64,000 bases of DNA from an uncultured candidatus Porisulfidus sp. (GTDB lineage Bacteria > Pseudomonadota > Gammaproteobacteria > Poriferisulfidales > Poriferisulfidaceae), in NCBI GenBank assembly GCA_965116025.1, contig OZ220480.1, forward strand, positions 1,920,001-1,984,000, written 5' to 3'. The position numbers and the translations under genes were made by a program. Positions within the stretch are counted from its first letter, which is position 1, and each line of letters opens with the position of its first letter. Under the pieces are notes generated by a model, which was not told the DNA's origin, did no database searches, and worked only from the letters and a program-made list of their open reading frames with translations. This document shows, piece after piece, positions 33,925-45,371 of this stretch.

Positions 33925-36685
33925 GAGCCCTTGGTACAAAGTCGTTACGCCGCGATCAGAAGTGCGGGAAGGTCGCTCATTCAGCCCAGACGAGTTCGCG
34001 ATTGCCCTTGAGCAGGTGGTCGCGGGAACCGCCCCCTTGGATTACCGTGACCCTGCGCAATTCTTCTCGCGAACATGTTTTACTCGCGCCTTCAAGGAAC
34101 ATGCTGGTATGGTGCTTCGCCGTCTTGCAGGCGAGACGCAAAACACGTCCCCGGTGCTTACCCTCGTTACCCAGTTTGGCGGAGGAAAGACCCACACGCT
34201 CACTGCGCTCCACCATCTCGCCAATGCCGGCTCACGGGCCAAAAGCCTGCCCGGCGTATCTGATCTCCTGGCTGAAGCGGGAATCTCCAAGCCACCTGAT
34301 GCGCGAGTTGGTGTCTTCGTAGGTAATGCGTGGGACCCCACCGAAGGGCGTGAAACACCATGGATTGACCTAGCCTACCAAATAGCTGGTAACAGAGGTG
34401 TCGCCGCGCTTGGATCGACCGCAAAAACAACTCCACCTGGAACCGAGTCGCTCGCCCGGGTCTTCGCTGCCGTGGATGCTCCCGTACTGCTGCTGTTTGA
34501 CGAGGTTCTGAACTTCGTTAACCGGCATCGGGACAAGGCTGAAAGCTTCCATGCCTTCATACAGAACCTGGCGGTCGCCGTCACCGGAACCACTGAGACG
34601 GTCACCGTCATAAGCCTGCCACGAAGTCAGGTGGAGATGACCGATTGGGATCAGCAATGGCAAGATCGGATCACAAAAGTAGTGAGGCGCGTCGCGCGTG
34701 ACCTCATCGCCAACGATGAAGCCGAAATTGGCGATGTCGTTCGCCGGCGCCTGTTTGAGAACCTCGGCGATGAGAAAATTCGAAAACAAGTCTCAAAAAT
34801 CTATGCTGATTGGTGTTTTGAACGAACTGCTCGGCTTCCCTCTGAATGGATGGCGACCGACAGTGCCCCGCCGGAAACCAAAGCGCGGGAGTTTCTGATG
34901 GGCCGTTTCGAAGCTTGCTATCCTTTCCATCCCTCGACTCTCTCAGTTTTCCGAAGAAAATGGAGTGCGCTCGCGCAATTCCAGCAAACCCGTGGTACGC
35001 TTGCGATGCTTGCCCAATGGGTATCTTGGGCCGCACGCCAACAATTTCAGCAAGCCCGAACGGAACAGCTGATCACGCTCGGGTCGGCACCACTGCATGT
35101 GCCCGAGTTTCGCGCTGTCGTGCTTGGGCAACTAGGTGAGCAACGGTTGGATGTGGCCATAGCCGCCGACCTAGCGAGTCCCACGGCGCATGCCCGAGCT
35201 CTAGATATCGATACTCGGGGACCAATCAGGGACATACATCAGCGGGTGGGAGCGGCCATTCTCTTCGAGTCTTCTGGAGGACAAGTAGACAAAGTGGCTC
35301 ACTTGCCCGAACTGCGTTTCGCCCTTGGTGAACCCGAAATCGAAACCACAACCATTGATAACGCTGCGGGGGCATTAGAAGCATCAGGGTTCTTCATCCG
35401 CAAAGTCGGAACGGATGGTTTCCGCATCCACCATCAAGCGACCTTGAAAAAAGTTGTTAACGACCGTCGTGCCACGCTTGACGAAGAAACAGAAATTCGG
35501 CCTGTAATTCGTAAATTAGTGGAAGAGGAATTCACCCGAGGTGCCAATCTTCCGGTTATACCCTTCCCTGATGACGGCGCAACTATCCAAGATGCGCCAC
35601 GTCTGATACTGGTCCTCGTCGACCCAGAAGCGGAATGGGAACTCGGTGGGAAAACAGCAAAAAAAATCGAACGATGGACCAAAGAGAGAGGAACTTCGCC
35701 AAGGCTGCATCCTGCGTCCTTGGTCTGGTGTGCCAAAAAACCAGGGCGGGAACTCAAGAATCGCGTCGAGATGTGGCTTGCTTGGCGACGAGTCTCTTTG
35801 GATGTCGCGGAAGGTGTGCTCGGGACGGAATTTGGTCGCGCTGATCAAAACGAATTGCAGTCCAAAGTCAGAGATGCCGAAAATGCCGCGAGAGACGAAG
35901 TATGGGCCAGCTATCGATTCGTCGCTCTCGCCGATGCCAGAGCCGAATCCGGACTTAAAATGATTGATCTTGGAGCCGGGCATAGTAGCGCGAGTGAAAC
36001 ACTCTGCGGAAGGGTGTTAACCGCGCTCAAGACCGAAGCCCTGCTAAGTGAAACCATCGGTGCTGGTTACCTCGACCGGCATTGGCCACCAGCATTCAAG
36101 GAGACCGGCGCTTGGCCACTAACCAGCCTGCGGCAAAGCTTTCTCAACGGCTCCCTGACTCGGCTCATTGATCCCGATACCGCCCTGCGGCAAAAGATCG
36201 TTGAATTCGTCGAGAAAGGAGATTTTGGGCTCGCTTCGGGAACACTGGCAAGCAGCCAATACGAACATCTATGGTACATGGAGCCAGTCGAGGCTGAGGA
36301 GGTCGCTTTCGAGAAAAATGTCTTCCTGTTAACCAAAGCACGAAGCGAGGAATTGCGAATGCCAGTAGCACCAGAGCCAAAGCCATATTCTGTAACGCCA
36401 CCACCGTCCACACCTGATCCTGGCAGCGTGGATGAATTCGAATCAGAGACTAACATGTCTGATGAGCCTGTTCAATTACGTGTGCATGGAACCATACCCC
36501 CAGAACTGTGGAATCGCCTCGGCACAACGGTCATTCCAAAACTCCGCTCCGGTGATGAGCTGAAAACGCAAGTAGAAGTCAGCGTCAAAGTTGCCGCGCC
36601 CATGGCGGCAGCCTTACAGACGGATATCCAGCAAACCCTGACCGAGTTAAATCTTGATGGCCAAGTAAGTGTTGAGTGCTCTTGA
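33917..36685 (+). CDS. DUF499 AAA+ ATPase
   Basis: FFSRTCFT, TQFGGGKTH Walker A, LLLFDEV Walker B, YPFHP, FQQTRG. Confidence 0.92.
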   Translation: MARSPWYKVVTPRSEVREGRSFSPDEFAIALEQVVAGTAPLDYRDPAQFFSRTCFTRAFKEHAGMVLRRLAGETQNTSPVLTLVTQFGGGKTHTLTALHHLANAGSRAKSLPGVSDLLAEAGISKPPDARVGVFVGNAWDPTEGRETPWIDLAYQIAGNRGVAALGSTAKTTPPGTESLARVFAAVDAPVLLLFDEVLNFVNRHRDKAESFHAFIQNLAVAVTGTTETVTVISLPRSQVEMTDWDQQWQDRITKVVRRVARDLIANDEAEIGDVVRRRLFENLGDEKIRKQVSKIYADWCFERTARLPSEWMATDSAPPETKAREFLMGRFEACYPFHPSTLSVFRRKWSALAQFQQTRGTLAMLAQWVSWAARQQFQQARTEQLITLGSAPLHVPEFRAVVLGQLGEQRLDVAIAADLASPTAHARALDIDTRGPIRDIHQRVGAAILFESSGGQVDKVAHLPELRFALGEPEIETTTIDNAAGALEASGFFIRKVGTDGFRIHHQATLKKVVNDRRATLDEETEIRPVIRKLVEEEFTRGANLPVIPFPDDGATIQDAPRLILVLVDPEAEWELGGKTAKKIERWTKERGTSPRLHPASLVWCAKKPGRELKNRVEMWLAWRRVSLDVAEGVLGTEFGRADQNELQSKVRDAENAARDEVWASYRFVALADARAESGLKMIDLGAGHSSASETLCGRVLTALKTEALLSETIGAGYLDRHWPPAFKETGAWPLTSLRQSFLNGSLTRLIDPDTALRQKIVEFVEKGDFGLASGTLASSQYEHLWYMEPVEAEEVAFEKNVFLLTKARSEELRMPVAPEPKPYSVTPPPSTPDPGSVDEFESETNMSDEPVQLRVHGTIPPELWNRLGTTVIPKLRSGDELKTQVEVSVKVAAPMAAALQTDIQQTLTELNLDGQVSVECS

Positions 36686-37186
36686 TCCAAGTAGATCACA
36701 TAGGAAAAGGCTTTGAGCCAATCAACTCCCTTGAAGCCAATCAGCCATCAACGTCGTGGGAACGAGTCTGCGTATTGCCAACCATATCGATGAACTGGCT
36801 GAGGCCGTCGTTCCCTGCCAATTTTCCTTCTCGTAGAGAATCGCGTCAAGCCTCGTATTTTCCACTCCGCACCCGCATCTCTCGGCACGTACCGGGCCGC
36901 CAGATCAGCAAAGGTCTGCGCCATCCGACCAACCCTCGCCCGATGACTGCCGGGCTAACAATCAATATCGCAATCGTCGCCGCCGAAGAGCCAAGCGAGA
37001 CCGAAAACAATAGCGAGAAATTTCCACATAGCGAAAGCGTTTATCCAAATAGCCGAATCAGAAGCAATCACTTCGCGAAGCGCGCCTCGTCTCCCAATGC
37101 CAGACCGTTTTTGGGCCTAACGCACTTGCATTTTACCAAACGCTCATAATCCTTGTCGCGGCCAGCCTACCGCCAAGGAAAGAAAC

Positions 37187-37420
37187 ATGACGGAAACCGA
37201 ACTTCTGAGCCACGTCACCTCGCGGCCCGATATTTTCGGCGGCAAGCCGATCATACGCGGCATGCGAATCGCGGTGGAGCATGTCTTGGCCAATCTGGCG
37301 GCGGGAGAGACGGCCAAGGATTTGCTGAAAGACTATCCATTCCTTGAGGCGGAAGATATCCAGGCATGCTTGCTCTTCGCCCAGCGCTCGCCGGCGCCCT
37401 CTCATCGCGCGAAGACCTGA
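37187..37420 (+). CDS. Second, orphan DUF433 protein (paralog of 33293-33550)
   Basis: RPDIFGGKPIIRGMRIAVEHVLANLAAGET...YPFLEAEDIQACLLFA; no toxin follows. Confidence 0.85.
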   Translation: MTETELLSHVTSRPDIFGGKPIIRGMRIAVEHVLANLAAGETAKDLLKDYPFLEAEDIQACLLFAQRSPAPSHRAKT

Positions 37421-37824
37421 TCTGGATCGCGGAACGCCTTGAACTCCAGCATGTTGCCAGACGGGTCGCGCGCGAACGCGGTCGCCTGCTCCCCAGTCTC
37501 TCCCTGAAAGCGGACGGTCGGCTCCAACTCGAAGGCCACGCCGCAGGCGCGCATGCGATCCACCAGCTCCTCCCACCGCTCCCATTCCAGAATCAGCCCG
37601 AAATGGGGCACGGCGATCTCCTCCCCATCGACCGAATTACGGATCTCATCCCGGGCCGCGTCACGCCGATGCGCCGTGATCTGGTGTCCCATCAAGTCGA
37701 AATCGATCCACGTCTCGGACGACCGTCCGATGCGACACTGCAGCACCCCGGCGTAAAAGGCTTCCGCCGAGGACAGATCATCGACCGCGATCGCCAGATG
37801 AAACCGCGGATGTCCCGCGCTCAT
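37402..37824 (-). CDS. VOC/glyoxalase family protein
   Basis: FHLAIAVDDL...WIDFDLMGHQ...VPHFG...DPSGNMLEFK. Confidence 0.9.
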   Translation of the reverse strand: MSAGHPRFHLAIAVDDLSSAEAFYAGVLQCRIGRSSETWIDFDLMGHQITAHRRDAARDEIRNSVDGEEIAVPHFGLILEWERWEELVDRMRACGVAFELEPTVRFQGETGEQATAFARDPSGNMLEFKAFRDPDQVFAR

Positions 37825-38501
37825 CCGCGCACCGGATGCCGCAGGTAGGCCGGCTGGGCCTCTCCGAAACTCGCCGTCCGCCCCGCCTGAAAATCCCGCG
37901 ACGCGAGATCCAGGACCGAACGCGCGTCAGGTCGCATTCCGGGCGCGACGGCCCGTCCCGCTTTGGCGATCTCGCGCATGCCGGGCAGGTCCCAGCCGGA
38001 CCCCGCGCCCAGCCAGCCTCCAGGCAACGAGGACAGTCGCGCGCGAAGTTCGGATGGCGGCGACAGCGATTCCGGATGCAGCTCTGAAATCTCGTCGTCG
38101 TCCACCTCGAACATCGCCCAGTAAACCTCGTCCAAACGCGCGTCCACCGCCACCAGCGCCGGCGAGATCCGGCGATCGCGCCATGCTCCTTGGGCCAACG
38201 CCGCCAGCGAGGACACCGGCAGCAGAGGAAGGCCACGGGCGACCGCCATCCCCTGCGCCAGCGCGGTGGCGACGCGCACGCCGGTGAACGTCCCCGGGCC
38301 ACGACCGAACGCCACCGCGTCCAGATCCTCCGCCGTCGCGTCCGCCTCGCGGAGCAACTCGTCCACCTGTCCCAAGATATGCCGGGTATGCTCCCGCGGC
38401 GTGATCCGGTCGCGCGCAACGACGCTCCCGCGCGCGGCCAAGGCCACCGAGCACAACTCGGTGGACGTCTCCAACGCCAGCGTCACCAGGCCGTCGCTCA
38501 C
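37821..38501 (-). CDS. tsaB: tRNA threonylcarbamoyladenosine biosynthesis protein TsaB
   Basis: LALETSTELCSVAL, AFGRGPGTFTGVR, DARLDEVY. Confidence 0.95.
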   Translation of the reverse strand: MSDGLVTLALETSTELCSVALAARGSVVARDRITPREHTRHILGQVDELLREADATAEDLDAVAFGRGPGTFTGVRVATALAQGMAVARGLPLLPVSSLAALAQGAWRDRRISPALVAVDARLDEVYWAMFEVDDDEISELHPESLSPPSELRARLSSLPGGWLGAGSGWDLPGMREIAKAGRAVAPGMRPDARSVLDLASRDFQAGRTASFGEAQPAYLRHPVRG

Positions 38502-40423
38502 GCGACCCGCTCCCGCAAAAACGCCAGCGTCTGGTCCAGATCGGAACTGACCGGCATGTCCGGCAGACTGGCCCGGAGCTGGCGACCGTACCATTTGCTT
38601 CGCAGACGCGGGTCGGCGATCACGGCCACGCCCTGATCCGTCACGCTACGGATCAGCCGGCCCACGCCTTGCTGCAGCATCAGCGCGGCCCGCGGCAGCT
38701 GCAACTGGCGGAACGGGTCGCCACCCGCCGCGCGAACCGCGTTCTCGCGGGCCCGGTAGAGCAGGTCCGTGTGCGAGGTGAACGGAATCTTGTCGATGAT
38801 CACGCAACTGAGCGCCGGGCCGCGGATGTCCACGCCCTCCCAGAATCCGATCGATCCGAGCAGCACCGCGTCCGAGCGCTCCGCGAAACGCTCCAGCAGC
38901 TTCCGCCGCGGCGCCTCACCTTGCCGGAGCAGCGCGCAGTCGATTCGCCCTTCCAACCACCGTCCGGCCTCCTCAAGCGCGCGCAGACTAGTGAACAGCA
39001 AGAACGTCCGGCCGCGCAATTGCTCGATCAACGGGAGCACGCTCTCGAGCATGGCCTCGTTGTAACCAGGTTCGCGCGGGTCCGGCAGATCTGGAGGAAG
39101 GTACAGCCGCGTCCGCTCCCGGAAATCGAATGGACTGTCGAGCCGCAAGGTCTCGGTGTTCTCGTCCAGGCCCAGCTTGCGCAGGAAGTAGTCGAAGTCT
39201 CCCCCGACCGACAGGGTCGCGGAGGTGAGCACCCAGCGCGGCGCGTACCGCGCCCGCGCCTGCGCGAACATGTCGCTGATGTCGACCGGCGTCTGGTGCA
39301 AGGAGAATCCCTGCCGGGTGAGCGTCAAGTATTCGCAGCAGTCCGCCTCTCCGCTCGGCCATCCGTCCAGGTCCTCCACCGCTCGCGCGCAACGCTCGGC
39401 GAGCTTCTCCATTTCCGGGTCGTCCGCGCTTCGGCTTTCGAGCTCTTCGCGCAAGGCTTTCAGTTCCGTCAGCAACGGCTTCGCCCATTCGGGAAAGTCC
39501 GGCGGCGGCGGAACGCGCTCGCCCAGCGCCTCGCCGCTCAGCCGGGCGCGGGTCCGGTCGATCACCTGCCGCGTGGCGCGCCGCGTGGCGCGCGCGCCCG
39601 AGACCAGCGCCGGGCCCTCCTCCGGCGCACGACGACCCGCCGCCTCCACGTCGCGGCACAATTGCTGGATCTTGGCGGTGCCCAACTGGTGGCTCCAGAA
39701 GACTTCCAGCGCCTCAGCCAGCCGATGCGCCTCATCGAACACCAGCACGTCGAACTCCGGCAGCAGCTCGCCGAGCGAGTCCTCGCGCAACGCGAGGTCC
39801 GCCGCGAACAGGTGGTGGTTGGCCACCACCAGATCGGCCCGCCTCGCCCGCTCGCGGGCCCGAACCACGAAGCAGTCCTCGTAGTCTGGACACTTCTTCC
39901 CGAGGCAGTTCTCCAGCGTCGACGTGATGGCCGGGACGATCTCGTCGTCTTCCGGCAGGTCCATTTCCGCGAGATCGCCGTCGCGAGTCGTCTCCGTCCA
40001 GTTCCGCAGCGCTCGCGTTCGCTCGTCCTCGCCGCGTCCCAAAGTTCCGTCCACGTGAATTCGGTAGCGATGAAGGCACAGATAGTTGGCGCGACCTTTC
40101 AACAAGCATACCCTGGGGGCGGCGCCGTCGGCCGCCCGAAGCGCGACCGGAAGATCCTTCTGAAACAACTGGTCTTGCAGGTGGCGGGTGCCCGTGGCGA
40201 TCAAGGTCTTGCGCCCGAACGCCAGCGCGGGCATCAGATAGGCGAGCGTCTTGCCGACCCCGGTGCCGGCCTCCACGGCCAGCGCGCGCTCCCTGCGCAT
40301 CGCTCCCCACACGGCCATGGCCATATCCTCCTGCTGCGCGCGCGGATGGTAGTCGAGAATCTCCCGAGCCATCCGCCCATCCTCGCCGAAGCAAGCCTCC
40401 GCGTCGAACTCCCGCGTCGACAC
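38498..40423 (-). CDS. yoaA: DinG-family ATP-dependent DNA helicase YoaA
   Basis: EAGTGVGKT, KGRANYLC, Fe-S cysteines, FDEAH, QGVGRLIR; upstream of tsaB. Confidence 0.9.
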   Translation of the reverse strand: MSTREFDAEACFGEDGRMAREILDYHPRAQQEDMAMAVWGAMRRERALAVEAGTGVGKTLAYLMPALAFGRKTLIATGTRHLQDQLFQKDLPVALRAADGAAPRVCLLKGRANYLCLHRYRIHVDGTLGRGEDERTRALRNWTETTRDGDLAEMDLPEDDEIVPAITSTLENCLGKKCPDYEDCFVVRARERARRADLVVANHHLFAADLALREDSLGELLPEFDVLVFDEAHRLAEALEVFWSHQLGTAKIQQLCRDVEAAGRRAPEEGPALVSGARATRRATRQVIDRTRARLSGEALGERVPPPPDFPEWAKPLLTELKALREELESRSADDPEMEKLAERCARAVEDLDGWPSGEADCCEYLTLTRQGFSLHQTPVDISDMFAQARARYAPRWVLTSATLSVGGDFDYFLRKLGLDENTETLRLDSPFDFRERTRLYLPPDLPDPREPGYNEAMLESVLPLIEQLRGRTFLLFTSLRALEEAGRWLEGRIDCALLRQGEAPRRKLLERFAERSDAVLLGSIGFWEGVDIRGPALSCVIIDKIPFTSHTDLLYRARENAVRAAGGDPFRQLQLPRAALMLQQGVGRLIRSVTDQGVAVIADPRLRSKWYGRQLRASLPDMPVSSDLDQTLAFLRERVA

Positions 40424-40425
40424 GG

Positions 40426-40902
40426 TCAGTCGATGTCCTCGAGCAACGCCACGGCATGCGCGGCGACGCCCTCGCCCCGACCCAGCGCGCCGAGGCCCTC
40501 ATGCGTAGTCGCCTTGAGGTTGACCCGCTCCTCGTCGATCCGCAACAGACGCGCCAAGGACCGGAGCATGGTCTCGCGGTGCGGAGCGAGACGCGGAGCC
40601 TGCGCGATCACCGTGACGTCGACGTTGGAGACGCGCAACCCGCGCGCGTGGATCTTCCGCAACACGTCGCGCAGCAAGTCGCCGCTGGCGGCATCGCGGT
40701 AGCGGGGATCGTGGTCTGGAAAGTGCTGGCCGATATCGCCAAGTCCAGCCGCCCCCAGCAAAGCGTCCATCAGCGCATGCAGCGCCACGTCGCCATCGGA
40801 GTGCGCCACCACCGCGCGGTCGTGCGCGACGCGCTCGCCACAGATCCAGAGACCGTCTCCGGCAGTCAGGGCATGAACGTCATAGCCGTGTCCAATACGC
40901 AT
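40426..40902 (-). CDS. ispF: 2-C-methyl-D-erythritol 2,4-cyclodiphosphate synthase
   Basis: MRIGHGYDVH, HSDGDV, GDIGQHFPD, KATTHE. Confidence 0.98.
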   Translation of the reverse strand: MRIGHGYDVHALTAGDGLWICGERVAHDRAVVAHSDGDVALHALMDALLGAAGLGDIGQHFPDHDPRYRDAASGDLLRDVLRKIHARGLRVSNVDVTVIAQAPRLAPHRETMLRSLARLLRIDEERVNLKATTHEGLGALGRGEGVAAHAVALLEDID

Positions 40903-41593
40903 GATCCGGATCCTGTCGCAAAATCGCTTCCGCCCGGGCGAGGTCCCCGGGCCACGTCACCTTAATATTATCCTCGCGCCCGACGACCAACCGCGGGAAG
41001 CGGCCGCAATGCTCCATCGCCCGCGACTCGTCGGTGATCTCGACGCCATCGTCCAACGCCGCGCGCAGGCATCGACTCAGCTCCTCCATCTCGAACAGTT
41101 GCGGCGTCTGCGCTCGCCACAGGCCACGCCGATCCTCGCTCGCGGTGACCCTCCCCTCCTCGGCGCGCTTGAGGCTGTCCGTCACCGGAACCGCGAGCAG
41201 AGCTCCGGGCGCGTCGGCCTCGCGCAGCAATCTCTCGACGTCCGAGCGCCACACGCACGGGCGCGCGACGTCGTGCACCAGCGCCCAAGCCCGATTCCCG
41301 ACGCGCTCGAGCATGGCTTCCAGCCCGCGCAACACGGTCTCCGCGCGGCTCGCGCCTCCAGACATCTCCCGGAACTCCACCTCCGGCGGCAATGGCGGAG
41401 GAGCGCCGCCGAGCGCGGACTCCGGGAGGAGCAGAGTAACGCTGCGCACCATCGGGGCGCACATCGCCAGCGGCCGGAGCGCGTAGTCCAGAATTCGCCG
41501 CGTCCCGAGCGGCGCGTTCCACTTGGCCCCGCCGAAGCGCTCGCCTCGACCGCCTCCCGCCAAGATCGCGTGCACCTCCCGCGCGTCGTCCAT
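40880..41593 (-). CDS. ispD: 2-C-methyl-D-erythritol 4-phosphate cytidylyltransferase
   Basis: GGASRAETV, VHDVARP, AQTPQLF, NIKVTWPGDL; between ftsB and ispF. Confidence 0.93.
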   Translation of the reverse strand: MDDAREVHAILAGGGRGERFGGAKWNAPLGTRRILDYALRPLAMCAPMVRSVTLLLPESALGGAPPPLPPEVEFREMSGGASRAETVLRGLEAMLERVGNRAWALVHDVARPCVWRSDVERLLREADAPGALLAVPVTDSLKRAEEGRVTASEDRRGLWRAQTPQLFEMEELSRCLRAALDDGVEITDESRAMEHCGRFPRLVVGREDNIKVTWPGDLARAEAILRQDPDHAYWTRL

Positions 41594-41601
41594 CGGCGGG
41601 C

Positions 41602-41928
41602 TCACGGAGTCCCGGGCGCCGCGAGCGTGGACGACTCGGGCGGGCGCTCTTCCAGGTCGGGGCCGACTAATTGATAAAACGCCTCGTCCTCCCGGACCAT
41701 GCCGAGGCGGTCGCGCGCCAGTCCCTCGATCCCTTCCAGCCCGGAACGCAACTCTCGCAGTTCCGCCGACAAGACACGGTTGCGCTCGGCCAATTCGCCA
41801 TTCTCCTCTTTCAGCCGCCGAACCTCGCCCATTTGGTCCCACAAGCTCAGCAAGCCGCCGTCGCCGGCCACCAGCAGATACAGCAGACCCGCGAGCGACG
41901 CCATCATCAGCCAGTTCCACGCGCGCAT
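41602..41928 (-). CDS. ftsB: Cell division protein FtsB
   Basis: TM plus coiled coil, IEGLARDRLGMVREDE; eno-ftsB-ispDF synteny. Confidence 0.9.
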   Translation of the reverse strand: MRAWNWLMMASLAGLLYLLVAGDGGLLSLWDQMGEVRRLKEENGELAERNRVLSAELRELRSGLEGIEGLARDRLGMVREDEAFYQLVGPDLEERPPESSTLAAPGTP

Positions 41929-41946
41929 CGCGGGAAGCCCGAGAGA

Positions 41947-43275
<1,329 letters not shown>

Positions 43276-43302
43276 TCATTGTACCGAAAGAGGAGCGGTC
43301 GC

Positions 43303-43620
43303 TCATGACCAGTCCGAGTCTCGAGCGCGGAGACGCCGCCACCAGCGCCCAATCCGCCGGCCGCGATCGCCCGCCTCGCGCTTCGCCCGGTCTAGCAACC
43401 GCTTGGCCCAAGGAAACTCTGTGGCTAGCGCCGCCAACCCGATCAGAATCACCGCCAGTCCTGGCCCCGGCGTGACCAGCATGATCATTCCTACCAGCGT
43501 CACTCCAGCGCCGACGACCAGCACGATCAAACGTCGCAGGCCAGCGATCACCGGCTCCTCGCGATGGTCGGCGCCAGCGATCCGCGCGGCCAAGCGTCGC
43601 AGGGGAACCAGCAGCTTCAC
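43303..43620 (-). CDS. PGPGW-domain membrane protein
   Basis: GMIMLVTPGPGLAVILIGLAALATEFPWA; GTG start inferred. Confidence 0.8.
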   Translation of the reverse strand: MKLLVPLRRLAARIAGADHREEPVIAGLRRLIVLVVGAGVTLVGMIMLVTPGPGLAVILIGLAALATEFPWAKRLLDRAKREAGDRGRRIGRWWRRLRARDSDWS

Positions 43621-43622
43621 GC

Positions 43623-44189
43623 TCAGGCCCGCGGCAAGGTGACGCCGGTTTGCTTCTGGTACTTGCCTCCCCGATCCGCGTACGAGGTCTCGCAGAGCTC
43701 GTCCGTCTCGAAAAAAACCAGTTGCGCCACCCCCTCGTTGGCGTAAATCTTGGCCGGCAGCGGCGTCGTGTTGGAGAACTCCAGGGTGATGTGGCCCTCC
43801 CACTCCGGCTCCAATGGAGTCACGTTGACGATGATCCCGCACCGGGCGTAGGTGGACTTTCCGAGGCAGATCGCCAGCACCGCGCGCGGCACCCGCAGGT
43901 ACTCGACGGTGCTGGCCAGGGCGAAGGAATTCGGTGGGATTATGCACACCTCGCCCTCGTAGTCCACGAAGCCGTCCTCCGCGAAGCGCTTCGGGTCCAC
44001 CATCGCGGAATTAATGTTGGTGAATATCTTGAAATGCGTGGAGCAACGGACGTCGTAGCCGTAGCTGGAGGTGCCGTAGGAGATGACCCGCCGGTCCCGG
44101 GAGCGACGCACCTGGGTCGGCTCGAACGGCTCGATCAGGCCCTCCCGCTCGGCCATGCGCCGGATCCAGCGGTCCGACTTGACTCCCAC
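43623..44189 (-). CDS. dcd: dCTP deaminase
   Basis: [31 protein letters not shown]. Confidence 0.97.
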   Translation of the reverse strand: MGVKSDRWIRRMAEREGLIEPFEPTQVRRSRDRRVISYGTSSYGYDVRCSTHFKIFTNINSAMVDPKRFAEDGFVDYEGEVCIIPPNSFALASTVEYLRVPRAVLAICLGKSTYARCGIIVNVTPLEPEWEGHITLEFSNTTPLPAKIYANEGVAQLVFFETDELCETSYADRGGKYQKQTGVTLPRA

Positions 44190-44190
44190 G

Positions 44191-45279
44191 TCAGTCGTTC
44201 TGGATGACGATGCGCGGGAATTTGGCGCTGTAGTCTTTCGCCCGCTCCGCCAGCCGCGCGGCCGCGCGGCGCGCGATGTCCCGGTAGATCTGGCTGATCC
44301 GGGAGTCCGGATCCGCGATCACGGTCGGCTTCCCGCCGTCGGTCTCCTCCCGGATGCGCCGGTCCAGCGGCAACTGTCCGAGCAGCTCCACGTCGTTCTC
44401 GCGCGCCAGGCTCTCGCCGCCGCCGGAGCCGAAGATCGGCTCCTCGTGGCCGCACTGGTTGCAGATGTGCAGGCTCATGTTCTCCACCACGCCCAGCACC
44501 GGCACCTCGACCTTGCGGAACATCTTGAGTCCCTTGCGCGCGTCCAGCAACGCGATGTCCTGCGGCGTGGTCACGATGATCGCCCCGCTGACGGGAATTT
44601 TCTGCGCGAGCGTCAGTTGCGCGTCGCCCGTGCCTGGCGGCAGATCCACCACCAGGTAGTCCAGCCCGCGCCAGCGCGTGTCGCCGAGCATCTGCTCGAG
44701 CGCCTGGGTCACCATCGGGCCGCGCCAGATCATCGGCGTCTCCTCGTCGATCAGGAATCCGATCGACATGGCCTGCAGGCCGTGGCTCTCCATCGGCTCC
44801 AGGCTCTTTCCGTCTCTCGACTCCGGCTGCCCGGAGACGCCCAGCATCCGCGGCTGGCTCGGTCCGTAGATGTCCGCGTCCAGCACGCCGACCTCGGCGC
44901 CCTCCTCGGAAAGCGCCAGCGCCAGATTGATCGCCGTGGTGGACTTGCCGACGCCGCCCTTGCCGGAGGCGACCGCCAGCACGTTCTTGACGCTCTCCAT
45001 CGGCTTGAGGTTCTTCTGCACCGAATGCGACTCGATCTCCCACCTCACGTCGACCTCGACGCGCTCGCCGCCATCCAGCCGCGCGAGGCGCGCCCGCGCG
45101 GCCCGCTCCAGCTCGTCGCGGACCCCCCGGGCTGGATAGCCGAGCCGGATCTCGACCCGGGCCGAGTCGCCGTCCACCACCACGTCCTTGAGCGCCCGCG
45201 CCGCCACCAGGTCCTTGCCGGTCCCGGGGTCCTTCACGTCCTTGAGCGCGCTCTCTATTCGCTCCTTGCTCAGCGCCAT
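44191..45279 (-). CDS. apbC: Fe-S cluster carrier ATPase Mrp/ApbC
   Basis: [30 protein letters not shown]; divergent from metG. Confidence 0.97.
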   Translation of the reverse strand: MALSKERIESALKDVKDPGTGKDLVAARALKDVVVDGDSARVEIRLGYPARGVRDELERAARARLARLDGGERVEVDVRWEIESHSVQKNLKPMESVKNVLAVASGKGGVGKSTTAINLALALSEEGAEVGVLDADIYGPSQPRMLGVSGQPESRDGKSLEPMESHGLQAMSIGFLIDEETPMIWRGPMVTQALEQMLGDTRWRGLDYLVVDLPPGTGDAQLTLAQKIPVSGAIIVTTPQDIALLDARKGLKMFRKVEVPVLGVVENMSLHICNQCGHEEPIFGSGGGESLARENDVELLGQLPLDRRIREETDGGKPTVIADPDSRISQIYRDIARRAAARLAERAKDYSAKFPRIVIQND

Positions 45280-45371
45280 CGCGGTCTCTCCTCGCCTCGA
45301 AATTCTTCCCGTCCGCTTTCCATTATACGGGCGCGGCCGCTACAATGGCGCGGCGAACCGCCTCTCGTCCA

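Larger units (their letters stand above)
19031..37420. other. Lower-GC defence island (no integrase seen)
   Basis: Visibly more AT-rich than the flanks; dense cluster of TIR, SLOG, Schlafen, HEPN, helicase/methylase/ATPase and TA genes plus an IS, between mutL and a VOC gene. Confidence 0.85.

Noticed and set aside
36676-37149. 157-aa plus-strand ORF after DUF499 as a possible DUF3780
   Set aside because: Composition looks non-coding and no family motif was recognised; an HMM search would be needed to exclude it fully.
38669-40702. Long antisense or alternate-frame ORFs (e.g. 677 aa here, also 55714-57045 and 44083-45588)
   Set aside because: They shadow well-supported genes, which is expected in high-GC DNA, and carry no recognisable motifs.
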